Made by a program: the position numbers and the translations under genes. A DNA stretch of 25,662 nucleotides from Gemmatimonadota bacterium (GTDB lineage Bacteria; Gemmatimonadota; Gemmatimonadetes; Gemmatimonadales; GWC2-71-9): the NCBI GenBank assembly GCA_039586365.1, contig JBDHKN010000067.1, forward strand, positions 1-25,662, in the 5' to 3' direction. Positions 25,661 to 25,662 of this stretch are shown piece by piece. Positions within the stretch are counted from its first letter, which is position 1; each line of letters begins with the position of its first letter. Below the pieces are notes generated by a model. The model made no database searches. It saw only the letters and a program-made list of their open reading frames with translations, and was not told the DNA's origin.

Positions 25661-25662
25661 CA

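Noticed and set aside
1..25662. CRISPR arrays, tRNA/rRNA, transposases, integrases, prophage or defence genes
   Set aside because: I saw no regularly spaced direct repeats, recognisable RNA genes or mobile-element motifs by eye. The remaining short ORFs in the track overlap confident genes.

Overview
GC-rich (roughly 60%) bacterial chromosomal segment. Gene content suggests Gemmatimonadota, but this is inference only. I saw no rRNA, tRNA, CRISPR array or mobile element. The right ~17.5 kb is one minus-strand run of 16 genes, mostly overlapping or abutting. In order of transcription: 7TM-HD phosphohydrolase (PgpH-like, truncated), ybeY, two tandem CNNM/CBS/CorC (TlyC-like) genes, DUF502, mgtE, meaB, a B12-dependent acyl-CoA mutase large subunit with the isobutyryl-CoA mutase signature (F81/Q199), a bacterial eRF1-like (baeRF) protein with no catalytic-loop Gln, and the mutase B12-binding subunit. 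After a 243-bp gap come a lipoprotein tripeptidyl-peptidase-II-like subtilase, a split AtuA pair, a LiuC/AtuE-like crotonase, a lipoprotein RNase Z/AtsA-type MBL hydrolase and a hotdog thioesterase. The left part holds VanZ, a signal-peptide-bearing M55 D-aminopeptidase, a secreted VPS10/BNR beta-propeller protein, two small orphans, a UPF0104 flippase-like protein, a Zn-ribbon membrane protein and a DUF2934 protein with a histone-like tail. The best candidates for new biology are the meaB-icmA-baeRF-icmB unit (a release-factor homolog inside a B12 mutase, co-transcribed with ribosome and Mg2+ genes), its link to AtuA/crotonase, and the exported TPP II homolog lacking the tripeptidyl 'ruler' glutamates.
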